Under the pieces are notes generated by a model. The model worked only from the letters and a program-made list of their open reading frames with translations, searched no databases and was not told the origin of the DNA. This document shows positions 17,009-26,448 of a stretch of 64,000 bases of DNA, piece by piece; within the stretch, counting starts at the first letter, position 1; every line of letters starts with the position of its first letter. This DNA is from Candidatus Omnitrophota bacterium (GTDB lineage: Bacteria > Omnitrophota > Gorgyraeia > Zapsychrales > Zapsychraceae). The position numbers and the translations under genes were made by a program. The DNA lies in NCBI GenBank assembly GCA_020429915.1, contig JAGQKV010000008.1, positions 3,338 through 67,337 on the forward strand, read 5' to 3'.

Positions 17009-20000
17009 TTAATCTACCATTATAATCGCACCGCGCAATGGACCGCCCGTACGGACCTGCGGATAACGGTAGTAATGGATGGCATCACCGTCGTCCAGGA
17101 CCATCCGGAAGCAATAGTTGTTTCCGCTCGCGGCCCCGTTGTTTTGAACGACCCAGTCATATTCGAGACGTTGACCGACCGTAGCCGACAACGGGTTGGC
17201 GGCGGAATCGTTGGCTTCTTCATAAGAGGCGCGAATGTCGCTGAGTGAAAGCAGGTTTGCCGACAGAGTCGCGCCGTCCGCCGGGGATGCGTTGTCGAAG
17301 CCGCGCCAGATGCCGCTGCCGCCGGTTCCGTCCACATCTGTCCAGCTACCGTCGGCCTCGGCCGCGCAATTCGTACTCGCGACGTACTGCAGGGTAAAGG
17401 CCTGTTCGCTAGCGCTGAGATCGGTGCCGCCGACTTGGACCGCCATGCGCAGCCGGATGACCTGACCGTTGGTTACCTGTTCGGCCCGGGTATTCTCGGC
17501 GGCCAGCGCCGTCGTCGGCTGGACGGCATCGATATTCTCGTATATCCGGTAGTGGGTTTGATCGAAGATGGAGGCGTCGGTCAGGATGGTCCCGGAGCTG
17601 GCGTCGAAGGCGACAAGTGCGACACTTTCTGTGGTATGGGTACGGTCGGATCCGGTCCCGTCTTCGTCTGCCGATCCGTAATGCGTGGAGGCGGTGGTGG
17701 CCCGGCCGGTCGAGGTGACCGCGTAGCTGCCGTTCCCGCCGTCTTCACCCGACTGGCTGATGACCGTAACCTCCGGCGCGGAGGAGAAGGCGCTGGTGAA
17801 GGTGGTCTCGTACCCGTTGCCCGCGTCACAACAGGAGACCGTGTCCACCCCCAGCTGGGTATCAAACTCAACCGCATTGTTTGTTCCGTGTACGCCTTCC
17901 TCAAAAGCGATGTAGTCGATGTCCTCGGCGCCGTGGGGTGAGCCGGAGCAGGCATTCCAGCCCACATTGAGAGTCATGCGCATGGTCGAAGTCGTCGGGT
18001 CATTGTCCAGTGTCGTCCCGTCATCGATATGGGTTGAGGTCCACGCCGTATCGGAATTGGAGGCGACGGTCGTCAGCACGATCGGGGTCCCGCTGAAGGC
18101 CGGGTTGAAGGTCACCGTGGCGGGCGTACCCGAAATGGTATCCGTGTTGCAGAATGTCCCATCGGTGTTTTCCGATCCGGCTTGGACCAACAAGGTCCCT
18201 GAGCCGCTGTCCATGCCGAAGGTCCCGGACTCCATGACGATATAGTCGACGGTGGTGGTCGCGGTCAATGATCCGGCGCTGTTGTCGACTTTGACGTCGA
18301 ATTGTGTGGAAGTTTTGTTACGCACGCGCACTTCGCGCTGGGCATCAGTGTCCGGATCATAACGCGCGGATCCGACCACAACAGGGTTGGTGTAGGTGTT
18401 TGTGAAATTGACGGTTTCCCATGTGTTGTTAGTGAGGCTGACCGTGCCGAATTCCCCAATGCGATTGGAATTCACCGCATCAATCGTCAGTTCGGGATAG
18501 ACGCTGTAGGAATCCAGGGCGCTGCCCGCGGCGGCGTCGTACAGCCGGAAGCAGTAGCTTTGTCCGGTGACCGCGGTCTCGCCGGGAGTTATCGAGTATT
18601 CGAGTTCCACCATCTCGTCGGTATCCAATGGACCGCGGCTGCTGCTGGTATCGGCACTATCACGGCCTTCGCCGGTAATACGGCTGTAACTGCCCGGCAG
18701 CGTCAGGAAGCCGGTCGAGCTGCTCTCACCGTCCGGGCTGATATGGACCGAATCTACCATCTGGAATTCATCGGTCGTATCGTCGACTCCGGTCCAGGAA
18801 CTGACCGCGGCACAGGTGGTTACCTTGGGGGCGAATTCGAGTTCATACTGACGACCGGCATCCTCTGCGGCGGCGCCCAGATTGGCCACGGCGATACGGA
18901 TCCGCCGCGTAACGCCGCGGTCAATGCTGGCGATCGCGTTGGAGTCTTCCACGCCCAAGGTGCCGCTGAGCGTGTTGAGGTCCGAGGCATCGTCGCGCCA
19001 AATAAAATGCAGCTGCGTGGAGTCCTCCGCGGCCATCACCAGTGAAGGATAGGTGGCGTATCCGTCAAGTGGGGTGCCGGCGAGGGCGTCACGGACCCGG
19101 AAGCAGTAGCGGGTGGCGTCCGCCGCGGTGGCCGTCGGAGTTATGCTGAATTCGAGTTCCGTCACCGTCGATGCGTTGAGCGGTCCGAGGCTGGCGGTCG
19201 TGTCGGTGACGTCGCGGCCTTCACCGTTGGTAAAGCTGTACGCTTCGGTATTCGACAGCAGGGTGCCGGTTACTGTTTGACCGTCGGTGAGGTTGGTCGA
19301 TGCGGACATCGCAAATTCGTCGGCGCTGTCGGCCACACCAACATAGTTGCCGGACGGGATGGCGCCGCAGGTGGTGCTCGCCTCGGCCCACTGGATTTCG
19401 TACTGGCGCGCAGCGGACTCAACGGTGTCGCCGGCATTGGCCACGCTCAGGCGTACCCGATACGTGGAGGCGACCTGCGCGTCGGAGAGTTCCGTGCTTT
19501 CGGCGGCCAGAAATCCGCCTGAGGAATTCAGCGCCGTGGTATCGTCCCTCCAGCGGTACCGCAGTTGCCGCGTAAAGGGGGTTCCTCCGGGGATGAACAG
19601 AGTATCAAGGTTCACCCCTTGTAACGCCATCCGGTCGGCCTGATAAGTGGAATCACTGTTGGTGGCCTCGTTAATTTGGGTGAGTTGGATATACTGGGTA
19701 CTCGCGAGGCCCGGCATCAGGATTCCGGCAGAGGCGCCGCTGGTCAAGGTCGTCCCCCCGCTGGTCTCTACACCCCGGTTGTATTGACCGAAACCGCCGT
19801 AGAGATACAAACCGGATCCGTCGGTCCCCGCGGCGGAGCTGTCGCTGTTCTGCCATTCCCCGAAAAGGGTCTCCCGGGCATCGACCCCCGAACGCGACGC
19901 GTACAAGGCGCCGAAGAAAAGGTAGTCACCGTCCGCCTCAATGTTGATCCGTTCGGTGTTAGTGCCGTCGTGATCGAAAGCGGCGGTGTCCTCTTCATCC

Positions 20001-21043
20001 GCGGTATCCCAGGTGATGTTGGTGCGCGAGTTGCTGAGGTCTTGACCGCCGCCGGTCTCGGTGAGGCGGACGTAATGGGCGTCGTCCGGAAGCTTGGCAA
20101 TGGTTATCCCGGTCTCGGCGGCGACCACTTGCAGTCCCGTCGGTGTATTCACGCCTTCCCTGCGTATTTGGATCACCAGATCCTGACTGGTGGTGGTTGT
20201 CTCGATAATACCGGCATAGGTCGCCATCGAATCTTCGGTGTTATTCGTCCCGCGCTGATAGGCGGTGATCCGCGTGCCCGGGATCTCGGTACCGTCCAGG
20301 GTTAGGCGCGTTTCCAGGTTGCCGCGGTTGGTCGTGTCGTTTTGATTGAAGCTGACGTTGGACGTCACCAGATAGTGGCCTTGCGGCCCAAGGGTGATCG
20401 TCGCACCGCTGCGGCTAAATGTGCCGGCATCAATCTCATCGTCGGTGGCCAGGGTCAGATCGATGAACGTGCTGGAGGTGAAAGTCTGATTCGACGACGG
20501 GCGGGTCCTGATATAGTCCCAGCCGTCATCCAGCTTCAGGACGGAAATGCCAGACTTGTCCGCGCGGCGCCGCACCGTGGCGGAATTGCTGTCGGTGCGT
20601 TGCATCTGAATACGGATATCGTCTCCGGCGGAAACATCGATAATTGCCGCGCCCTGATTGTATCCTTCGTCGTTGTTGCCCGCTCGCCGAATATATCCCT
20701 GGCCGCGGCCATAGGGAAGATTGGAGCCCGTCGTTTGATTGCGGATCCAGCTTTGCATCTCCGAGCGATTGGTCCCTCCGGAGGTTTCGGTCGGGACGGA
20801 GTAGAGGACGAGATAGTGACCGCCCTCTTCGAGATCGATGTCCAGACTGCCCGTTATGGAGAAGCTTCCCGATACAGTCACTTCATCATCCCAGGTCAAG
20901 TTGGTGGCCGTCGTGGCGATGGTGTCCAGGCCGGTGATGTCCTTATAAATGGCATAATCACCGGGCGCACCCCAGGTTCGGCCGCTCATAGCCAGCACGG
21001 CCAGCAGCAGGGACAGTCCAAGTTGTCGAATGCGTTTAAGCAT
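17009..21043 (-). CDS. very large (1344 aa) secreted Thr/Ser/Gly/Asp-rich surface protein with internal domain repeats (adhesin or S-layer-like)
   Basis: Signal peptide MLKRIRQLGLSLLLAVLAMSGRTWG. Two tandem 175-aa repeats (LRYRWRDD...YPSLVMA and LHFIWRDD...YPELTID). Three copies of a GHYLV/GDYLF-containing module near the N-terminus. Confidence 0.6.
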   Translation of the reverse strand: MLKRIRQLGLSLLLAVLAMSGRTWGAPGDYAIYKDITGLDTIATTATNLTWDDEVTVSGSFSITGSLDIDLEEGGHYLVLYSVPTETSGGTNRSEMQSWIRNQTTGSNLPYGRGQGYIRRAGNNDEGYNQGAAIIDVSAGDDIRIQMQRTDSNSATVRRRADKSGISVLKLDDGWDYIRTRPSSNQTFTSSTFIDLTLATDDEIDAGTFSRSGATITLGPQGHYLVTSNVSFNQNDTTNRGNLETRLTLDGTEIPGTRITAYQRGTNNTEDSMATYAGIIETTTTSQDLVIQIRREGVNTPTGLQVVAAETGITIAKLPDDAHYVRLTETGGGQDLSNSRTNITWDTADEEDTAAFDHDGTNTERINIEADGDYLFFGALYASRSGVDARETLFGEWQNSDSSAAGTDGSGLYLYGGFGQYNRGVETSGGTTLTSGASAGILMPGLASTQYIQLTQINEATNSDSTYQADRMALQGVNLDTLFIPGGTPFTRQLRYRWRDDTTALNSSGGFLAAESTELSDAQVASTYRVRLSVANAGDTVESAARQYEIQWAEASTTCGAIPSGNYVGVADSADEFAMSASTNLTDGQTVTGTLLSNTEAYSFTNGEGRDVTDTTASLGPLNASTVTELEFSITPTATAADATRYCFRVRDALAGTPLDGYATYPSLVMAAEDSTQLHFIWRDDASDLNTLSGTLGVEDSNAIASIDRGVTRRIRIAVANLGAAAEDAGRQYELEFAPKVTTCAAVSSWTGVDDTTDEFQMVDSVHISPDGESSSTGFLTLPGSYSRITGEGRDSADTSSSRGPLDTDEMVELEYSITPGETAVTGQSYCFRLYDAAAGSALDSYSVYPELTIDAVNSNRIGEFGTVSLTNNTWETVNFTNTYTNPVVVGSARYDPDTDAQREVRVRNKTSTQFDVKVDNSAGSLTATTTVDYIVMESGTFGMDSGSGTLLVQAGSENTDGTFCNTDTISGTPATVTFNPAFSGTPIVLTTVASNSDTAWTSTHIDDGTTLDNDPTTSTMRMTLNVGWNACSGSPHGAEDIDYIAFEEGVHGTNNAVEFDTQLGVDTVSCCDAGNGYETTFTSAFSSAPEVTVISQSGEDGGNGSYAVTSTGRATTASTHYGSADEDGTGSDRTHTTESVALVAFDASSGTILTDASIFDQTHYRIYENIDAVQPTTALAAENTRAEQVTNGQVIRLRMAVQVGGTDLSASEQAFTLQYVASTNCAAEADGSWTDVDGTGGSGIWRGFDNASPADGATLSANLLSLSDIRASYEEANDSAANPLSATVGQRLEYDWVVQNNGAASGNNYCFRMVLDDGDAIHYYRYPQVRTGGPLRGAIIMVD
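18488..19564 (-). repeat. intragenic tandem duplication encoding two 175-aa domain repeats
   Basis: Protein-level repeat: aa 494-671 versus aa 678-852 of the 1344-aa product. Confidence 0.5.
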
Positions 21044-21151
21044 AATTTTTGTTCGATAGAGACCCTATCGGCAAATTTCTCCCGCACACAGAATGCACCC
21101 GAGGCACTCCTCCCGCGGGGAAATTAAAAAAACCGTGATGACTGCCGCAGC

Positions 21152-21337
21152 TTATTGCCGGGAGTCGGTCACGGTGTGGCCACTTTTTAACAGGACTTTG
21201 ATCTGGTCAACCAGCTCCGGCGGGAGCTTGCTGAGGTTGGCCAGGGTCCGTTTGCGTACTTTGCCGTCCACGCGATAGGACTCGCGGATCAGCACGCACG
21301 GTGGCGAATTCCGGTTTTTAACATACTCTACGTACAT
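21152..21337 (-). pseudogene. 61-codon N-terminal remnant of an IS1634/ISAs1-like transposase (truncated)
   Basis: MYVEYVKNRNSPPCVLIRESYRVDGKVRKRTLANLSKL resembles the conserved N-terminus of IS1634-family transposases. The reading frame ends after 61 codons. Recognition is from memory only. Confidence 0.4.
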
Positions 21338-21849
21338 GGCTACATTCTATACGTAAAATATTGTCTAATAAACATAAACTGGTACTAATACATGGCTACA
21401 TAAAAAGACACTGATTGAGCCGGGAGGAGGGAACTGAGATGAGACGCGGTGCGTCTATTATAGTTTAAGATGTTGCTAGTTAATAACTTGAGTAGATTTA
21501 GAAAGTCTTGCGGCCGTCCGCTGCGGGGCGGCCTGATCCCATGGGCGCTTGGAATAAACATGGGCCGGCCGGTCGATGGGGACATGTGGGGGAAATAAGG
21601 ATAAAAAAGAAGCGGCCGACGGTCCCAGGGGGATAAGGGTGGCTGATTCGCGATTCCTCCCCGGCCTCATCGGGGGGAGTGGACGCGCGGAGGTCGCGCG
21701 AACCATGACCGTCGGCCGCTTGGTACGGGACTTATATAACCCATCGGGCCTCCCCGATTATTCATTTCGGGAAAGCCCGGTGGATTTCCCTCTTGTGCGG
21801 AGGGGGGAACGGGAGGCAGCCGTTGGTACGGACGGGCCGCCGTCCCGGA

Positions 21850-22302
21850 TTATCGACAGTTATCGTGATATTCCCAGTGTCCGCCAAGCTCTTCTTTCAC
21901 GCGGATGTAATGACTTTCAACAATAACAGTACCGTATTTGGGGTGGGTTTCCTCATGTTCGGGCACGTGTTTTTTTATCCACCGGAATTCCGGCACCCAC
22001 ACACGTTGCTGATCGCAATGATAGTGTTTTACCACCTGTTGGTAGGGACGATGTCGGGTCGCCGGCCGGTAAGAGACCGGTTCCGGCTGGTAGTAGCCGG
22101 AGGTCGTACGGTTGGTATATTTATGGCCGGTGACGGCCTCGCCGAATCCACCGACCACGTCGATTTGTCCGCCGCTCACCAAGCGCAGGCCTTCAATAAT
22201 AGTTAATGCCTTGCCTGCCTTGTCCCATTCGCTGGCATGGCTGACAGAGGCGGTAGATCCGAGGAAAGTTGCGGTGATCAGGATGGTTATTAGTCTTTTC
22301 AT
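21850..22302 (-). CDS. hypothetical secreted protein
   Basis: Start at MKRLITIL with AAGGGGGA RBS. Signal peptide. His/Tyr-rich C-terminus. Confidence 0.5.
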   Translation of the reverse strand: MKRLITILITATFLGSTASVSHASEWDKAGKALTIIEGLRLVSGGQIDVVGGFGEAVTGHKYTNRTTSGYYQPEPVSYRPATRHRPYQQVVKHYHCDQQRVWVPEFRWIKKHVPEHEETHPKYGTVIVESHYIRVKEELGGHWEYHDNCR

Positions 22303-22507
22303 GAGTTCCCCCTTTCGTAGGAATGTGCGTTGTGCTGCTGTTCGACCTCTTAGACACGGCACGTCCGGGAAAAGTTCCCTGGACACCGGTAAAAATTTCG
22401 TGCAGCGAAATAAAACTAAAGTGTTGCGGTATGGACGGTTAAATCAGTTTGAACTGATACCGATTCTTTGCTAGACTGATGAAACCCTGCGGCCGGCAAA
22501 CATATCC

Positions 22508-23974
22508 TTGAGACCTATGTCACTTCCTCACGATATTATCAGAATATCCGATACCCTGTGGGAAATCCCCAAGTCCCATGATCCGGAAATGCGCGTTCCC
22601 GCCCGGATCTTCGCCACCGAAAAACTTCTGCAAAAAATGGACGAAGCCGTCTTTCAGCAGGCCGTTAACGTCGCCAAGCTGCCCGGCATTCTCAAATACT
22701 CTTACTGTATGCCGGACGGGCATTGGGGGTACGGTTTTCCGATCGGCGGGGTGGCGGCCATGGACCCGGAGGAGGGTGTGATTTCTCCGGGCGGCATCGG
22801 TTTTGACATCAATTGTGGGATGCGTTTGTGCCTGACCAACCTGACCTTTGATGAGGTCAAACCACACCTGAAGCGGCTGGTGGAGCGCCTGTTCGACCGT
22901 GTCCCGTGCGGGGTCGGCCGAAAGGGATTTGTCGAGATATCGAAAAAGGAATTTCCGCGGGTGGCGCGGGAGGGGTCGCGCTGGTGTTTGAACAAGGGAT
23001 ACGGAACTCAACACGATTTGGAGATGACCGAAGAGGGCGGCTGCATTGAGGACGCCGATCCGTCCCGCGTATCCCAGAAGGCGATCGAGCGCGGCTTTCA
23101 TCAGATCGGTACGCTCGGTTCGGGGAATCACTATCTCGAAATCCAGGTGGCAAAGCCGGAAAACATTTTTGATGAACAAACAGCGCGGGCCTACGGTATC
23201 ACCATCCCGAACCAGGTCGTGATTATGTTCCACTGCGGCAGCCGCGGGTTCGGGCATCAGATTGCCACCGATTATCTGGAAATTTTCCTGAAGGTCATGC
23301 AGAGCAAATACAAACTCAAGGTCAATGACAAGGAGCTAGCCTGCGCGCCGTTCCGTTCGCCGGAAGGGCAGGCCTATTTCGCGGCGATGAAGTGCGCGGT
23401 CAACATGGCCTTTGCCAATCGCCAGGTGATCCTCCACCGGGTGCGCGAGGTTTTTTCGGAGGTCTTTTGTAAGTCGCCGCAGGATTTGGGTCTCAGCCAG
23501 GTTTACGACGTGGCCCACAATATTGCCAAACTGGAAAAGCATATCGTGGACGGAAAGATGCGCACCGTTCTCGTCCACCGCAAAGGCTCCACGCGCGCCT
23601 TTGGGCCGGGTATGGACGGTATTCCGGATGCCTACCGCAAGGTCGGTCAGCCGGTGATCATCGGTGGGAGTATGGAGACGGGATCGTACTTGCTGGCCGG
23701 TGTAAAGGGCAACGAGGATGCCTTCTGCACCACCGCGCACGGCAGCGGCCGCACCATGAGCCGCCGGCAGGCGCGTAAACAGTTTCGGGGAGATGATCTG
23801 CAGCGGGCGATGGAGGAACGCGGCGTTTACGTTCGCTCGGCTTCCTTTGCCGGACTCGCCGAAGAGGCCGGACTGGCGTACAAGAATATCGACGACGTCA
23901 CTGAGGCCACCGAACTCTCCGGGATCAGCAAACGGATCGTGCGGCTGGTACCGGTCGGGAATATCAAGGGATAG
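22508..23974 (+). CDS. rtcB: RNA-splicing ligase RtcB (3'-phosphate/5'-hydroxyl RNA ligase)
   Basis: Hallmark motifs CMPDGHWGYGFPIGGVAA, GGIGFDINCG, GSGNHYLEIQ and HGSGR. 488 aa. Confidence 0.9.
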   Translation: MRPMSLPHDIIRISDTLWEIPKSHDPEMRVPARIFATEKLLQKMDEAVFQQAVNVAKLPGILKYSYCMPDGHWGYGFPIGGVAAMDPEEGVISPGGIGFDINCGMRLCLTNLTFDEVKPHLKRLVERLFDRVPCGVGRKGFVEISKKEFPRVAREGSRWCLNKGYGTQHDLEMTEEGGCIEDADPSRVSQKAIERGFHQIGTLGSGNHYLEIQVAKPENIFDEQTARAYGITIPNQVVIMFHCGSRGFGHQIATDYLEIFLKVMQSKYKLKVNDKELACAPFRSPEGQAYFAAMKCAVNMAFANRQVILHRVREVFSEVFCKSPQDLGLSQVYDVAHNIAKLEKHIVDGKMRTVLVHRKGSTRAFGPGMDGIPDAYRKVGQPVIIGGSMETGSYLLAGVKGNEDAFCTTAHGSGRTMSRRQARKQFRGDDLQRAMEERGVYVRSASFAGLAEEAGLAYKNIDDVTEATELSGISKRIVRLVPVGNIKG

Positions 23975-23979
23975 ACGCG

Positions 23980-24405
23980 ATGCCGTACCGGTTTCTGGAT
24001 GATGTCGCCACCGCAGATATTGCGTTTGAGGCCACAGGCAGGGACCTGAATGAAATCTTCCGGGCCGCCGCCGCCGCGACGCTGGCCGTTATGCTGGAAG
24101 ATATTCCCGGGCTCGAGGACCGGGTCGAGCGGACGGTCGTATTGGATGCCGACGATCCGCAGGAATTGCTCTTCCGGTTTCTCCAGGAGGTGATCTTTTA
24201 CAAAGATGCCGAATGCCTCCTGTTGCGTGTGCGGGAGCTCAACGTGACCGGCGACGGCCGGCAACTGCGGGCGGTCATGAGCGGTGAGGCTGTGGATATC
24301 GAACGCCATTGTTTGAACGTAGACATAAAAGCGGTCACGTATCACCTTTTTACTTTTAAAGAAACCGCCGAGGGCTATGTCACGACCGTTGTCCTCGACA
24401 TATAA
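23980..24405 (+). CDS. archease (RtcB activator)
   Basis: Collinear with archease (DDVATADIAFEA ... DIKAVTYH ... VVLDI). Immediately downstream of rtcB. Confidence 0.8.
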   Translation: MPYRFLDDVATADIAFEATGRDLNEIFRAAAAATLAVMLEDIPGLEDRVERTVVLDADDPQELLFRFLQEVIFYKDAECLLLRVRELNVTGDGRQLRAVMSGEAVDIERHCLNVDIKAVTYHLFTFKETAEGYVTTVVLDI

Positions 24406-24414
24406 GGTAGCGAA

Positions 24415-25041
24415 ATGAAATCGGCCAGGGCCAATTCGGAAGAGACGTTGCGGGGATGGATGCAGATTTCCGCAATCAGTCTGCTGATGTTCTCGATCAG
24501 TTTCGGACTGATCAAGATGATCGCCCAGAGTCCGTGGACCCAGGCGCGCTTTGAACAGGACCGGCTCATGCAAGAAAATACGGGGCTGCTCGATAAGGTG
24601 ATCGAAATCCGTCAGGCCGAGGGTCGTCTGGACCCCGACTCGGCGCGGCGGATGACAACGCTGCGGGAGGACTTAGAAAAGGTGAAGGATCGGTTGGCAA
24701 CCGCCCGGCGGGAGGAACGGCCGGTGGAAGAACGGGAGGCCTTGGCCGGTGAGAGGCAGACAATAAAAAAGGAATTGCGCGCGGTCAAGTTGGATATTGT
24801 TAGGAGTACGGCCGCACTTGACGATTCCGCGCACTATGTCACGCTCGCCCGCAAGTGTCTACGCAATATGGATCGGTTGGCGGAACTTGACGCCATGTCC
24901 GGGTTTTTCTACTCAACGGGAGGACAGATAATCTTAATACTCACCGGCTTTTTTTTATCGGTGGTGATGTGGCTGGGCATAGGCGGCATAGTCTTTCTCT
25001 CCATACTCGGCGGCATCAACACATTGTTGAGTTCGACGTGA
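24415..25041 (+). CDS. hypothetical membrane-anchored coiled-coil protein
   Basis: N-terminal TM, charged coiled-coil middle, C-terminal double TM. Confidence 0.45.
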   Translation: MKSARANSEETLRGWMQISAISLLMFSISFGLIKMIAQSPWTQARFEQDRLMQENTGLLDKVIEIRQAEGRLDPDSARRMTTLREDLEKVKDRLATARREERPVEEREALAGERQTIKKELRAVKLDIVRSTAALDDSAHYVTLARKCLRNMDRLAELDAMSGFFYSTGGQIILILTGFFLSVVMWLGIGGIVFLSILGGINTLLSST

Positions 25042-25086
25042 GACAGCCGTTGCCCGGAGGAATGGAACAACAGGAAAGGTGAGTGT

Positions 25087-26430
25087 ATGGTGTTAGGAAA
25101 GAAGGCGAAACAACTTCGCATGACACTGGTCGTCCCGGATACTCTAAGGGACAAGGTCGTGGTCTCCAAGGCGTATCAATCTTGTGATTCCGAAGGCAAG
25201 GTGACCGGATTCGGGGTCGACCTGACCTTCACGGAACTGCGTTTGGCCAAGGCCATCAAATCCGGAGATTTTGCGCTGCTGCAAGGGAAGATCGAAAATA
25301 CCCTGCGGGCATGGGAGAAGCGTTACGTCCGGCATTTGGACAAAGTGGCCCGGGAGCAGCGGTCCGCGTCCGTAGAGGAATTGACCCGCGAAGCCCAGCA
25401 GGCCGCCGTCGATCTGGAAGGTCTGCTGATCAATTCGTTGACCGAAGACGATGCCGTTGACTGGGAGGCCATAAAACGCCAGGATTCTTTCACCGTTGAT
25501 CCGCAGAACATCACAGGCCAGCAACCTCCGGCCTTTATCCGTTTTGCCGAAAACGGCAAACCGGCCTTGTTTACGCGGTTGTATGAGCCGAAGCAGCCGC
25601 AGTTGGCAAAGGTCAAGAAGGAGTTCAGTATTTTCAAACGGATTTTTAACGGCAAACTGATCCGCGCCGAGTTCGAACGTCGCCACAAGGATTGGGAGGT
25701 AAAGATCGAGGAAGCCCGCCGGGACAACCGGGAACGGGAAGAGGCGTATCACATCTATTTGCGTGCCTGGGAAGAACTCAAGACGCAGTTCGAGAAGGAA
25801 AAAGCCGACAGCAATGCTACGCTCGAAGACATTCGTTTGCGTTATCAAAACAAGAAGCCGCGCGCGATCGAAGAGTATTGTGATCTGGTGCTCAATCATT
25901 CCGCCTATCCAGACTTTTTTCCCCACAGCTGGCATCTGGAGTACCGGTCGGCAGAGGCGTTGCTGGTGGTCGACTACGATTTGCCGGTTTTAGACGATCT
26001 TCCATCGGTGGCGGCTTACGCCTATGTGAAGTCCGAAGACCAGGTTATTGTCCGGCGGCATCCGGCCGAGTACCTGCGCAAGTTATATGACAGCGTGTGC
26101 TATCAGGTGTGCCTGCGCACGATTCACGAGTTGTTCGAGTCGGATGTCATCGGTGCCGTCGATGCCGTGGCGTTCAACGGAATGGTGCGCGTATTCAAGT
26201 CCGATCAGAACATAAAAGAAATAAAGGTCATTATGTCGGTGCGCGCCGCCAGGGATCGTTTTCATGATTTCGATCTGACTATGGTCGATCCGCGGGCGAC
26301 ATTCAAGCTGTTGAAAGGCGTCTCCACCGATCATTTATACGAAAATGTTCCTGTCAGACCGGTCGTCACATTGGCCCGCGGGGACCGGCGGGAAATCAGC
26401 GAAAATCAACTCGAGCAGGACAGCGCCTAG
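25087..26430 (+). CDS. hypothetical 447-aa protein: charged coiled-coil N-half with a possible PD-(D/E)xK nuclease-like C-half
   Basis: C-terminal segment LLVVDYDLPVLDD...AYVKSED weakly resembles a restriction-endonuclease-like core. No confident family assignment. Confidence 0.4.
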   Translation: MVLGKKAKQLRMTLVVPDTLRDKVVVSKAYQSCDSEGKVTGFGVDLTFTELRLAKAIKSGDFALLQGKIENTLRAWEKRYVRHLDKVAREQRSASVEELTREAQQAAVDLEGLLINSLTEDDAVDWEAIKRQDSFTVDPQNITGQQPPAFIRFAENGKPALFTRLYEPKQPQLAKVKKEFSIFKRIFNGKLIRAEFERRHKDWEVKIEEARRDNREREEAYHIYLRAWEELKTQFEKEKADSNATLEDIRLRYQNKKPRAIEEYCDLVLNHSAYPDFFPHSWHLEYRSAEALLVVDYDLPVLDDLPSVAAYAYVKSEDQVIVRRHPAEYLRKLYDSVCYQVCLRTIHELFESDVIGAVDAVAFNGMVRVFKSDQNIKEIKVIMSVRAARDRFHDFDLTMVDPRATFKLLKGVSTDHLYENVPVRPVVTLARGDRREISENQLEQDSA

Positions 26431-26448
26431 GCGCATGAGGGAAAGATC

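Noticed and set aside
17020-20937. Multiple 60-260 aa ORFs in other frames or on the + strand inside the 17009-21043 surface-protein gene
   Set aside because: They are nested entirely within a 4-kb continuous ORF that has a signal peptide and coherent repeats. Their translations are Arg/Gly/Pro-rich low-complexity, so they are shadow ORFs.
17009-21043. Diversity-generating retroelement target (the surface protein has repeats)
   Set aside because: No reverse transcriptase gene and no template-repeat/variable-repeat pair with adenine-specific mismatches are evident nearby.
21338-21850. tmRNA or RNase P RNA gene
   Set aside because: GGCTGATTCGCGATTCC resembles the tmRNA 5' end, and GGGAAAGCCCGG loosely resembles RNase P P4. 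I could not find a matching T-loop (GGTTCGAATCC-like), a 3' CCA acceptor partner, or the other universally conserved blocks. The region is left as an unassigned structured sequence.
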